This document shows, piece after piece, positions 1 through 11,083 of a stretch of 29,162 bases of DNA; the stretch's first letter is position 1, and each line of letters opens with the position of its first letter. Position numbers and translations under genes: made by a program. The notes beneath the pieces are model-generated. The model did no database searches. It was not told the origin of the DNA and saw nothing but the letters and a program-made list of their open reading frames with translations. This DNA is from Catajapyx aquilonaris (lineage: Eukaryota), in NCBI GenBank assembly GCA_000934665.2, contig JYFJ02001113.1, positions 62,001 to 91,162 of the forward strand. Direction: 5' to 3'.

Positions 1-1040
1 TACATATGTCGAAGCCAAACTAACAACCCTCGTGCACAAGAATGTGCTGGACAACTAACCTGCCCGGGTAAGAGCAACACAAACGATTTTACTACTTCAA
101 TGCAATTTTACTGGTGAAAACTGAAAAGTGCTCGTCAATAAATAAAACCAGTGGCTAGCCCCGCAAGTTGAGGANTAATCCTGAAGGCTGCATCTGACAT
201 TCCGCACACACAAAAAAATCCGGATCAAAAAGAGTTAATCGCATTATTGATATGAACAAAAGCTCGAGTCCTCTAGAAAACTGGCTGCTGGGTGGAAGAT
301 GGGTAGTAGGGTTATCTAGAGGAGATATTTATTAGTCCGACCGGTTGGTAGAACGGTGTACGTGCATTTTGGGGCCGTCGTCATTTCGCCGTTGACATCC
401 TGACGACCGGCACAACCGGTCGGATGAGAAAATTTTGCCTGGCCAGCGCAATCTTTCCGCGTGGGAGAGGTTGCAGGTTTCCCTCCTATTCCCCCTCCCT
501 CCTCCTTACCCTCCTCCCACTAATTAGTCCCAATAAGAGATGTGCCGTCCTTGGAAGCCTGCTTCATCAGCCTACCGATTTCCTCAGATTTACCTCTTGA
601 CACTTTCACGGCCACTGCCGCCATTGCCTACTGAGCAGCACGATCTTTATCCACGAGCGCTCATTAGCTGCCCCTTTTTTTATTAAAGAAAAGGAGGGAT
701 TGGTTGCAAATTATTAATCGGATGCAGTGAGATCAGCATGTTTGAGGAAATCCATTTTTAGGGAGAGTGCAGATGGCGAGGATGTGTTTTATATGAAAAT
801 GGTAGGTTAGAAAATTGTGGAAGCTGACAGTTTAGATATTAATTATATGCTGTACGCTGATGAAGTACAGGAACATGGCTTTGTAAACTGGAAGCTTATT
901 AAAAGCCGATTTTACATGTATACTATGAGAAAATGCTACTTCCCAGTTTTGGTAGGGATATTACTCATATTTACTTTACCTCGGGACAAAGGACAGTAAA
1001 TTATTTAAGATAAAAGGCACACTATGGTATGTGCCGTGTA

Positions 1041-1119
1041 CAGTGGAAGTGTTGGAATTGCCATGGTGCCATGGAGGAAATTGCAATAAATTACCATAGT
1101 AATGACCAGCCTTCCACTG
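1041..1119. repeat. 79-bp imperfect inverted repeat (hairpin; possible short MITE relic)
   Basis: Perfect 9-bp ends CAGTGGAAG (1041-1049) / CTTCCACTG (1111-1119). Pairing continues inward (GTTGG/CCAGC, ATTGC/GTAAT, ATGGT/ACCAT) with G-T wobbles and small loops. The left flank is TA and the right flank is CA. Confidence 0.55.
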
Positions 1120-2203
1120 CAATCATGGTATAGACATACCGGTATCTACGTTTCTGAATTAAATTTCATTTTCTCGTTGTACAAATTACACTGGATATAT
1201 TATTGGACATATAATAAATATATTTATATGACAAATCAGCCAGCCAGAAAAGCAGCATGGTTGTATAGCACCAGACTGTATGGTCAAAAAAAAAAAAAAA
1301 CTGACAGACATTACAGTGCTTGCGTTGGAGTTACAAGAATGAATGTTTCCAGAATACCAGGGAAGCCAATTTTGCAAGGCTAATTAAAGAGTGGGCCTAA
1401 CTGGAAGTTGACAAGTGTCAGTTCAACTTTCGAAACTTGGTGGTCAGGACAGGGAGCGGCGTGGCCGAGGTCCTTCGTCAAATGAAAAAGTTCAACAAAC
1501 TTTGTCCAGGCCCGAGTTCTGGGAACCTGACATTGGAAGGGTAAGAGTAGCAGAACGGTGCCTTATCATCCCCGTAGGAGAGAAACCACTTTTAGGGTTT
1601 TTGGCACCAATCTTGTCCTGATAGTGAAGCTGTCGGCGCGGTTTTACCAAAAGAGGAGGGGGGACTGCTTTGTGGGACGGGGAGGAATATAAAAAGGCAA
1701 AAGCCAGAAGTGGCCGTTGTCATCCTCAGGGGTAGCCCACCTTCCATTCAAAAGCTGAGGTCAAAAGTTGCTGGCTTTACGAGGACCTTCCGAGAAGGTC
1801 TTGCGGTTATAACCATCGCGTCCAACCAGAGGGCAGGAGTGTACCCAAGATGGCCGGTTGGTCTGCGTGTGACGGCTTGTCCAAAAAGCGGTGTAAAATA
1901 ATCTACCCAGGAGCATGGTTGCGATGTATCGGTGGGAGAAGGCGTGTAATATGCGCCATGGTGCGAAGCAAAGGAGGTTCTCTTTTGTACATTTTTTTTT
2001 TTTTTAGAATTCGAAGGAAAGTATGGCGGGGGAGGCGATGTGGATCCAATCCGAGGCGTTCGTGCTGTCATTCCCAGGCGGACCCCCGAAAAAAGGGCCT
2101 ACCGGGTTTACCCATGCAGAAACTGGTGGCCGCTAACCCTCCCCAAAAACCCTCGATCTACTATAACCCTCCCTGAATGGCTACTGAGCTGGAAACTTGT
2201 CGT

Positions 2204-2266
2204 GCCAGAGATTGAACCGAGACCTTGCGTGTTGTCAGGTCCGCTCCGCCACTCGGCTATTAGCCC
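2204..2266 (-). mobile_element. tRNA-derived Pol III promoter head (SINE-like or tRNA pseudogene)
   Basis: The minus strand reads GGGCTAA-TAGCCGAGTGG (box A consensus TRGCNNARYGG, 2259-2249), then 30 nt, then GGTTCAATCTC (box B-like, 2218-2208). The spacing is tRNA-like but the cloverleaf stems do not pair, so it is not a functional tRNA. It lies in a low-quality-looking block. Confidence 0.4.
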
Positions 2267-2488
2267 ACCCGTCCGCCAATTATCCCGGGACGGGAATTTC
2301 TCTCCGGGGCCCCCCGAGCTTCTTTACAACCCTTTTGGCTCTCTCAAATATTCCTCACCACTTATACCCGAGGCTCCCAAGGTTCGGCAATCTCTAGCAT
2401 ACCCTTTGCTTCCACCCCACCCTAGTATCGACTCTAAGTGATGAACGACGTCTTTTTTTTTTTTTTTTCGCAGGATACTGCTAGCGTC

Positions 2489-2571
2489 AGCTATATTTCA
2501 AAAGGTGATTGAAGCTATAGCTATATCAAAAGGTGATCCGAAGCTACAGCTATTTCCAAAATAGCGACTGA
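2489..2571. repeat. Degenerate tandem repeat, ~3 units of 24-30 bp
   Basis: agctatatttcaaaaggtgattga / agctatagctatatcaaaaggtgatccga / agctacagctatttccaaaatagcgactga. Confidence 0.6.
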
Positions 2572-5500
2572 AAAATGATTGAATTCTTTGGGTGGCTCAT
2601 CCGGAGGTCTAATGAAAGCCCAGATAAATTAGAATCCTCGCACAGATGCCGTGATATTCCCGTATAAAAACCAAGTCGTGGTCTGCATGCTCAAAACAAC
2701 AATAATAATAAAAAAAGGAAGAAGCCTTGGGGTACAAAAAGTTGCGTGGGAATTGTGTGCACAGTTTGGCACCCGTTTGCCACGATACAATATTGACCAG
2801 ATAAGTATGAAAAAAAGCTGTATCTGCAACAAAGTTAATTTCAATGTAGCTGTTATTAATGAGGAGGAAGATGCGGCTTTTTTGCTAACCACGCATTTTT
2901 CAAATTGATAAAATTTGGTTCTGTCATGTGTCTTCTGGGTATATCCAGATGAGAGCCATCCCATGGTATGGATGCTCCCTCATGACATGTGCCACCGCAA
3001 TTTTCCTATTGAATAATCGGGTATCGGAGCATGCCATCGGGCAGCTAAGCTACAGGCTTCCGTGCTTGCCTTCCAAACGCAGGCGAGCATGACCGAGGGA
3101 GTTTCTTACCCAAGATCGCATTCCTGATAACTCACTACCAAAACGGAATTTGCCTCTCTTAAGGACAACGATGGTAAAAAATAAAAAATAAAGGAGAGAG
3201 AAGGAAAAAAAAAATTGAAGGTGCTTCAAAATGTTTTTCGAGACCAGTTCTTCCAGGGATTGTTGCACCGGTCGATCATAAATCCTGAGATCACGATCCG
3301 CGTACATTTCGGCCCTTTTGCATCCGAATTGCTTCTGTGGGAGGGAGAGGGGGACAAAAAGTGGATAGCGAAATGAAAATCCGTGTAACAGATTGTGTCA
3401 ATACATTTTTTTGGAGGGAAATAGGTGAAGGACCGTTAGACGTTCGAGTTTAATATTAAAGTTGGGAATTTAACAACTGAATTTGCTGAAGTCTACAGAG
3501 GACAAACCTGGATGTCTATTTAGTGTATTTGAGTGGGAAGTCTATGACAGAATTATTTAGAACTAGGTTGCTTTAAAATAGGATGCAGGCTGGAGACAAA
3601 GAATCTATATATTCGTCCTGTAGTTATTAGAAGCTGCTTGTCTGCTGCAGTTTACGTTACTGTATGACAGGGACGGGAGTAATTGGAATTAACTTCATTT
3701 TGAGGCAACACGCACTACAGGCAAAACTTTTGTTGTGAGAGTTGCGGGCACATTTGGTGTTCGGTATAATGTCAACCGCCAAAGTCTGGTAATGAAAATA
3801 GGCCATATAATTTTGAGTAAAGCGTAAATTACTTGTTAAAAAGGACATTCAGTAGTGAGAGTTTGCAACATCTCAGCTGAGAATTGCACACCGATATGAC
3901 GTTGTCGGTACTGTTGAATTACTCGCGTGAATTATTCTTCAATTTTTTTACACGGAGCACTTGCTGCAATCCATGTTGTAGAGATGTTCTACACGATAAT
4001 AGCAGGAAAATACAGCGCAGTAATTGAGAATTGAATGCCCTGGATGAAATGACAAGGTTACACAGTTATATTTATGTTGATTTATAATGAACCAGATGTG
4101 GGTGATCAACTATCGCTTTTCCTTACTATGTTTCTTACAATAAAATTTCCCAGTGACAGTTTTCAATATTCTTCCTTGTTACTTCATACGCTGGGTAGAT
4201 TTTGCCCTTTAAATATATCCCAACATTTTCCCTAACAACTGCGACTAATATTGAACATTTCAAGGTCTACGACCACCAAAGTAACACATTCGACAAGCGT
4301 GCCAAGATCAACTCCCCCGTAAAACAACTTCTCCGTTTAACTTCGGAACTCTAGGATTTGGATACATTTGAAGACAGGCAATCTCCTACACGTTTGGAAG
4401 CATCACGACCTCAACTCACGAAAGGGAAGCAGCTCGTCTGCACGTGTAAGCCTCATACACCGATTTACACGGATTGCTTGCCTGAGACGGTTTCTGTACG
4501 GTTGCCACCCGGTTTACAACCTTCCATTCTTTTTTAACTCTAGTACATGCCATATTTGTGTGTTCAAAATATTAGTCAGCAGAATACACTATAAATTCTC
4601 AATTATGCTTGCATATTTTTTTTTTTGCAGAAATTAGTTTCCTAATGTTCGTATGTAAGTACAGTCCCCTGCTTTGTCTTGGATGTTGCCATGTGTCATG
4701 GGCATTTCAGGCCTTACCGATCCGTTCCAGGATCATAGTGTTGAAACAACCTTTTATCTCCCGTTGTCGCTACAAAACCAATGATGAAGACAGAACGCAA
4801 TCCGTTGTTGTTTACAAACCTCTGCATCAGAATTCTTCTGAAAAAGGGATTTACAAACTCCTGCACAGACTGTATAGCAAAAAATGTGTCTGTCAGGAAG
4901 GTCCAGTTTTATGTAAAAGTGAGGAAAGGTGTACAGATTGATTGGTGTGGTGTTCAATTCTCATTCCTGATTTGTGACGCTACCGCGACTATTCAGAGAG
5001 TTTTTCTAGCACAACCTTTGTGATGCAACTGTTTGCTGATAAACTGCTGCGATGTGATGGTGGCACGCAGAAGATGGTGCCAAATGAGGATAGGCCAATG
5101 GTATAGAGTTAACTTGATTTATTCTTGACACTACATAGGCGTACTCATTAGTATATACGGTTCGTTGGCTTTTATACCATCTACCAAAAAGCACATCTCA
5201 TGGAATTACTTGGGCCATGATGGACAATATTGCGATGTCCATGGATGTGATAAGACATGGTATTCAAGTTTTTCATGGTGAGCCACTCTTGTGAAAATAA
5301 TATTAATATCTTTCAGGGACATAATAAGTCACTGCCAGGTAAACCCTTACTTGTGAGAAAAAGGCGCTGTGTATTTAGTGCATGAATCATTGCCCATTTT
5401 TACTGTCCTGAAAGTGTTATGCCACACTCGAATATTTCAAGTATAAAATTTTGACATTTTATCATAATTTGCGGCTTGCTATACAGTACATAATGATAAT

Positions 5501-8500
5501 GCAAAATTCCAACTCGCGCTGTTGCAGTGTTTCGATGTGTCAACAGGTGCCACACGCTGTATAACATGTTACTCCTTATACACGAACCTTAATTGATGTG
5601 TGCATCTCATTAGGACAAACCAGGAGGGCCACCCCGCACTTATGAAAACCCCTGGAACCTCGTGGGAACTACTTAAAAAAACCGAACAATCTTAATTCCA
5701 CAAATGAACTCGTCGAGTGGAATAAGAGCGAAGTCGACTGGGCTCTTTATGAGCTCAATTTCATTTTGTGCAAAAACCCTTAGCCGAGTTCACATAGTGG
5801 AAACAAAAGTTAATTACAAACCTGTTAGGTCAATTCGGTGGCCTCACACGAAGTCTTATCATAAGACGGGCCTCAAGTGCTACAACCAACGGGGGGTACC
5901 CAACGTCTTATTTGCTTTGCCCTTCCCCCGTGTCTCCCCGATCCATCACCCTCATGGAATTTAACCACCCTCCAAAAATACGCCTTAACAAATGAGTACT
6001 TATATTTTTTTTCTCTAAAAGTCACGTCTTCTAAAAATCATGATTGTATTTTGACTGCTTCCGGGAATACTCTTTATGACCGGTTGTAAAAGTGATGCTC
6101 TGAAGTGATTCTTCCCTGTCCCCTGCACTTGTTGCTAATTTGCGGCAATTACTGCCGCTGTCTTTTCTGATCTACAAACGAGAGATGTCATTGACGACCC
6201 CCGTGCTCGTTAGGAGATAGGCCACTTTTACTTCCTGAACTGCCTCTGCCCCGTACACATTACTCATCCGCAGTCCTCTCTCGGGGCAGCCAATCAGTTT
6301 CCGCCTCCCGTTTTCTCTCCATTGCCACTTGTAAATTGCGCCAATTTGCTCGACTTGTCAAACCAGTCGTTGTCCACCTTTTTCCAAATTAACCTTGTTC
6401 TCCTAAAATGAGAGGAGGGGGAAGGCAAACTGTTTTTTTCTCCAGTTGGAAACAGAACCTTCAATTGGTCACAAACGACCTTACAATTTTTATTTGGGTT
6501 TCCGAAATTTTGGGTATTAAAAGTAGGGTGAAATTTTTGCGGAAGTGTCATCGATCATCCCCCCTACATTTTTATTTGGGCGTGCCTTCCCATAATTGTG
6601 CCCTCAGGAGGACCATGTTCATACCCCTCCGGACACGTCCCCACCTGATTCTCCAGACACATTTCAATAATTCCGTCCCACTCTCCCGACACCCCCCGAA
6701 TATTAAATCAGCCCCCCCCAAAAAAAAAAAAAATCAGCTCAAAATTTTTAAACTCTAAGCTATATTTCATATAAACGCTGATAATTTGACATCCGTTTTT
6801 TTTTTGACAATTTTGTGAAAAATATTGTTGAAACGAAATCTAACTTGGCATAGGATCACGTGGTTTATGATCAGGCAAATTGCCTCTGTAAATTGAATCA
6901 GGTGTCCCAGATCCCAAGCTGCCATGATGGCAATCCGGAAGAAGAGGACAAGGAGGGCCTTCTGGTGTTGAGGAGAGGAGGAGGAGGAGGTCTTGCTTTT
7001 TCCCCCGCCAATTACTGGCGAGCAAAGGAGAGCCAGCGGACAGCCCGGGTTCAAGGACCGAATGTGGGAAATGACCTTAATGACGATCGACGCTCCTTGG
7101 TTGACACTTTTGCCCGAAGAACAAGAAGGCGGTGCCCATTGCATCTCAGGCTGATATCAAGGAATGAAAAAAAAAAATGAAAAAAAAACGTGTCGATGTC
7201 CTGAAAATTGCGCTTGGTGCTTGAAGTCGTATGGATACATGGCCAGAGGCGGGAAAACCCAGTGGCCGGAGCATGTGTCACCGTGAGCAGAAAATCCGGA
7301 GGAACAAGATTTCGCGAAAAGTGGCCGTGGGCGGTCCTCATCTATACTCAATCTCTGGCACATGGAAGATGCGGCCAATTAGCATTCGAACCAAGCTGCA
7401 CGCCATTTTCAAGCCGCGCCTTCCGAATCACGCAAATTTTTTTGACACAAAAAAAGAGAATCGGATTTATTCTGAGGATAAGCCCAAAATTATTGGGGAC
7501 TCATGGCCGAATGTTCTTGAAAACAGTTACAATACCCTTGATGAATTAATCGGATGAAAAAAAAGGGGGGGACCTTGCGATAATCGCGGACGATAATGAT
7601 AAGGATTTTGTTTTTAACCGTGATCCTTCGGTTGTGGAATCTGGTTTTTGCGGTGCTGTACTCACCAGGTGGCTAGCACTTCCTACACATTGTCATTAGA
7701 GGGGCATTAGGAGACGTGTCAAATGCAATGCCCGAGAGACATAAGTCAAACTGTGAAATTTTATGCAAAATCCGGTTCTCGGTTACTGTAAGAGAAGTTG
7801 CAATGGTATGCTGATGTAATTTTGTGACTGCACACTACTGCAGTCTGCAAGGAAGTAATCTAATATGCCCTTTTGCTTTTTGTACCAACTAGATGATATT
7901 GCTTTGAAACCACATGTAGATATGGCCTACAGTCTCAAAATAATCCAAGAGGTGCAATGAAGCATTTGAATATATTTACTTCCGTTTGATCTAAGGACAA
8001 ATTGTGGAATGATTTGATTTTAAGAAATCATGACAAATCCTTAAATAACAATGATCTAAATTGCATGTTGTGCAAACTGTCATCCACATTTGCACTTTTT
8101 TACGTCAAATCTGTCTGAAGTGTTGAAACATTTTATCAACCTTTCTTCGAGCAATATAAGAGCGTAATTAGCCCCATGCGGTCATCCTTTGTTTAGCTGC
8201 GGGAAAAACATTGTAAACCATTCCCCACCTTGGGACAAGGTGATGCAGGTATGAATAATAAAAAAAAGCAACAAGGCAAGAAAAAACAAAAAAAAGGAGA
8301 AGAAATGGAGTTTAGTTAATATGCCAGTGGTGTGGTGGGAGATGCCCTCGCGCGATAGGGCCAGCTACCAGTTATGAGTGATTGTGATGTCAAACGACCG
8401 TATTGCCTACATTTCCACCACGAATGGGGCATAATTTACGGAACAAAACGCAAAAAAGCCGGTCCCGATAGGGATTATGAAGACATCTTAACTCCAAGGC

Positions 8501-8870
8501 GGGGAACAATTAACTCAGGCGTCTCTCTTTGTACAGAGCGATTACGATCCCATCTCATGATCTACGGTCCCCCCAACCCTAATTCTGGCTCCTATGCCGG
8601 AAACTGCAGCCGCATTGTTAGCTTAAACCTCTAAGAGGAACAGTAGATCAATAGTAAACTTGGATTTATCGCACAAGTGCATTAAAATATTTATACTATA
8701 GGTTGTAGGTAAATAAAGCTGGTCTAGCGTGAATTAGGAAATAATTTTTTAATGAATATATTCCCGGAACTGGAGCCATGGAACACATGAAAATACAAAG
8801 TGCATATTATCTTGGTGCATATATTTATTTACCACGTGCATCAAATTATCGACTAGGTGCATCAATACCA

Positions 8871-9181
8871 CTAGCTGCGGCACCCGGCGTTGCCCGGGAA
8901 GAAATGGACGAAGGGAAAACACCTGCCAGTAGCCCCGTGAACTGTCTGTCGTTCTGTGTGTCCGGCCACCAATGCCATCTGTGGTACTCCTACTCCAACA
9001 CCTTCAACCTCTCCCGCCTGTATAACGGCAACCATCATTGGGCTGCCATCTGTAGTCAACCCCCAACACCTCCATCCTCTCCCGGCCTGGGGGTGGAGCA
9101 CAGATGGCAGGCAAATGACCGTTGGCAAGCGGACAGACAGACAGACAGACTCACAAACGGCTTTATTTATATATGAGTAGA
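8871..9181 (-). mobile_element. Non-autonomous Helitron (rolling-circle transposon), intact termini, 311 bp
   Basis: The minus strand starts TCTACTCATATATAAATAAAG after host A (9182) and ends CCCGGGCAACGCCGGG-TGCCGCAG-CTAG before host T (8870). It shows 5' TC, a GC-rich subterminal hairpin (8883-8898), 3' CTAG, A^T insertion with no target-site duplication, and a (GTCT)n tract near the 5' end. Excision restores a host repeat unit (accatgtgcat). Confidence 0.8.
9132..9150. repeat. (GACA)n microsatellite inside the Helitron
   Basis: gacagacagacagacagac. Confidence 0.9.
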
Positions 9182-9384
9182 TGTGCATGTGATGATACTG
9201 ATACCAGGTGCACAAAATTATTGGCCATGTGCATAAATTTTTGACAAGTAAATAACCCTGTTGGAGTACGAATAAAATTATTTAGAACGGTACTACATAA
9301 TTTTATGCGGTTGGTGCATAAAGTGCATAATTTTGCATTTTGCATGTCGCAACGTGGCTCCTCCTCCGTCCTGCAATCGGATAA

Positions 9385-9800
9385 ATTAATAAAGCCATAT
9401 ATTTTGTGAATCCGGATGCTAATGCCCTGCAATACATCATCATTAGAGCTGGGAGCAGTATATTTGGCGGGACGGGTCGGGCCCAAAGTTATGGAAACGC
9501 ATTAAATTTCTTAGCAGGATGCGCGGGCAGATAATCTCTAGTCGGGCCGTCCCAGAAACGTCACGTCATCTGGACCGGTTTTGCGTCCACGTCCAGTTTC
9601 CAGAGCTGGCTGGCCAGCCTGATGATGCTCCGTGGGGGCTAATTGTAGCCGGGCAATTATGATATGTGGCGGAACACTGGGACACGTAGGTACCCACAGA
9701 TTGAGGAGGAGTCGGAGGAATGGAGTCCAGTCCAGGGGCCTTGAAAATTGGTTGGCTGCTGGTTGCTTTTGCGTGACTCGAAGGTAATGAGCTTTTGCAC
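9385..9800 (-). mobile_element. Decayed or frameshifted non-LTR retrotransposon (LINE, CR1/L2/Jockey-like) ORF2 reverse-transcriptase N-terminal fragment
   Basis: Minus-strand motifs occur in the canonical order across frameshifts: KAPGLDSIPP (9742-9713; cf. KAPGPDGIP), WKL..PV (from 9602; cf. WKxAxVxPxxK), DYLP (from 9536; cf. NYRP) and YGF (from 9399; cf. QYGF). Spacings of 140, 66 and 137 nt are each somewhat longer than typical. Confidence 0.45.
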
Positions 9801-11058
9801 TCCCCATCCAAAGCCGTGGCCTGCTGCTAGAATGCCAACCGACGGCTCGTATTTTATACTCTAACTCCTACCTCATCTTAAACTCTACAAATTGACAGTT
9901 TTTCCAGCTTCTTGCTTCTGCGCCTATCAGAGTGTATGTTCTGGCCTTCCTTGGCCTGGGCACCCACCTTAGCCCTTTATTGTCCAGGCGTCCTGAGTAA
10001 CGAGCCACTTTTAATGTAGCTATCATTAAGGATTGGCTCGTCCAACCGCACGAATTGTGCATAAATTTGAATCTTAACATCTTATTCCACTAGATATGGG
10101 AGCAAAACTGGATGCCTAACCTGCTTGCTATACAAGGTGAGTCAGAACTAGGCTGCCAGGGGCTAGATTGGTTCTAAATAAGGTTAATATGTAGAGGTGA
10201 GAAATGTCGAGAAACTAATGATTGTCTGGTTCGTTGGAGATCAGATGCTGTGGCTTGTCTCAGGAGCACCCATCAGTCAATAAATAACTGGAAGCTGGAT
10301 GGCGTGCAGTTCTGACACACCCTGTGTGCGTACTGTATAACGTTGGTCGGGTTGTAACGGGGAAGTTTGGAGTGAATCCCATTTGATCCATTCCTGTGCA
10401 GGATAAATTGCTGGGTGCTGAGGTTCAAACTGGTTCTTGGTTGTACCGTTTGCTGCTGTTGCACGCAACTCTGGGGACATTTCGAGTCAATGATATTAAC
10501 AAGTTAATGCGGTGTCGGACACATTCCATCCGATTTCTTTGTCTCAAGTCGTATGATTACATGGCTTGTATCTGCTATGTTCATAACACACAATCAAATG
10601 CGTGTATATTATAACCTGTTTTTGACTATGTCCACCTTGAAATCAGGTTATTGAGAAGGAGGTGACGTTTCGAAACCATCCCAGATTTATTTTAATATAA
10701 GCTGAAGCTATATGTTTGCAAAGCATAACTTAGTCTATCTATCGATCCATCTCGTTTTATTATCTGGGTTATAAATGGAGACGAATTGACAATGTGGTAC
10801 ATTTTTAAAATGCCACATGTCACATAAAACGTTAGGGTTAATGTGATGTCTCCAGGAAATTTTTCGTTCTTATGCTAAATGATGCAGTACTGAAAATAAT
10901 GATCTATATAGAATGTAAGAACGTTGCTTTTCTGCATGGCGACAATCCATAAAGCCCACGTGTAAGTCTCACTTTCGGACCAGGGTTTGAAATGGGTATG
11001 GACGTTTCGGAGAATAGGAACATGTACGGTACAGGAAGTACTCATTTAACTGGTTAAT

Positions 11059-11083
11059 TTACATTACATTACATTTACATTAC
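11059..11083. repeat. (ACATT)n imperfect microsatellite
   Basis: ttacattacattacatttacattac. Confidence 0.7.

Larger units (their letters stand above)
8795..9240. repeat. Degenerate ~21-bp minisatellite (ACCANGTGCA core) interrupted by the Helitron
   Basis: GTGCA cores at 8800, 8815, 8836, 8857 and, after the insertion, at 9183, 9208, 9229. With 8871-9181 removed, the spacings are 15, 21, 21, 15, 25, 21. Units on either side match: ACCACGTGCATCAAATTATCG (8831) vs ACCAGGTGCACAAAATTATTG (9203). Confidence 0.6.

Noticed and set aside
4250..4530. Penelope RT C-terminal relic (FDKR..N.P, AR.S.YTD) or degenerate 5S rRNA copy (starts GTCTACGACCA)
   Set aside because: These are two incompatible readings, each needing many gaps or frameshifts; neither is distinguishable from chance by eye.
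6920..6975. Homeodomain N-terminal arm-like RKKRTRRAF
   Set aside because: A stop follows within two codons, and no helix 1-3 or WFQNRR motif follows.
7370..7440. tRNA-Ser-like sequence on the minus strand (GGTTCGAATGC)
   Set aside because: No box A or pairing stems; noisy block.
8795..9240. CRISPR-like array
   Set aside because: The conserved core is only ~10 bp, the period is 15-25 bp, the intervening sequences resemble each other and no cas genes are present; it is a minisatellite.
9615..9650. Hammerhead ribozyme (CTGATGA + GCTCC/GGGGC stem); similar cores near 400, 564 (minus) and 857
   Set aside because: The required GAAA after stem II and stems I/III are absent in every case.
10660..11020. 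GACGTTTCG motifs (10664, 11001) resembling Penelope-associated hammerhead halves
   Set aside because: No matching TCATCAG/TCCTCAG (CUGANGA on minus) at the required distance.
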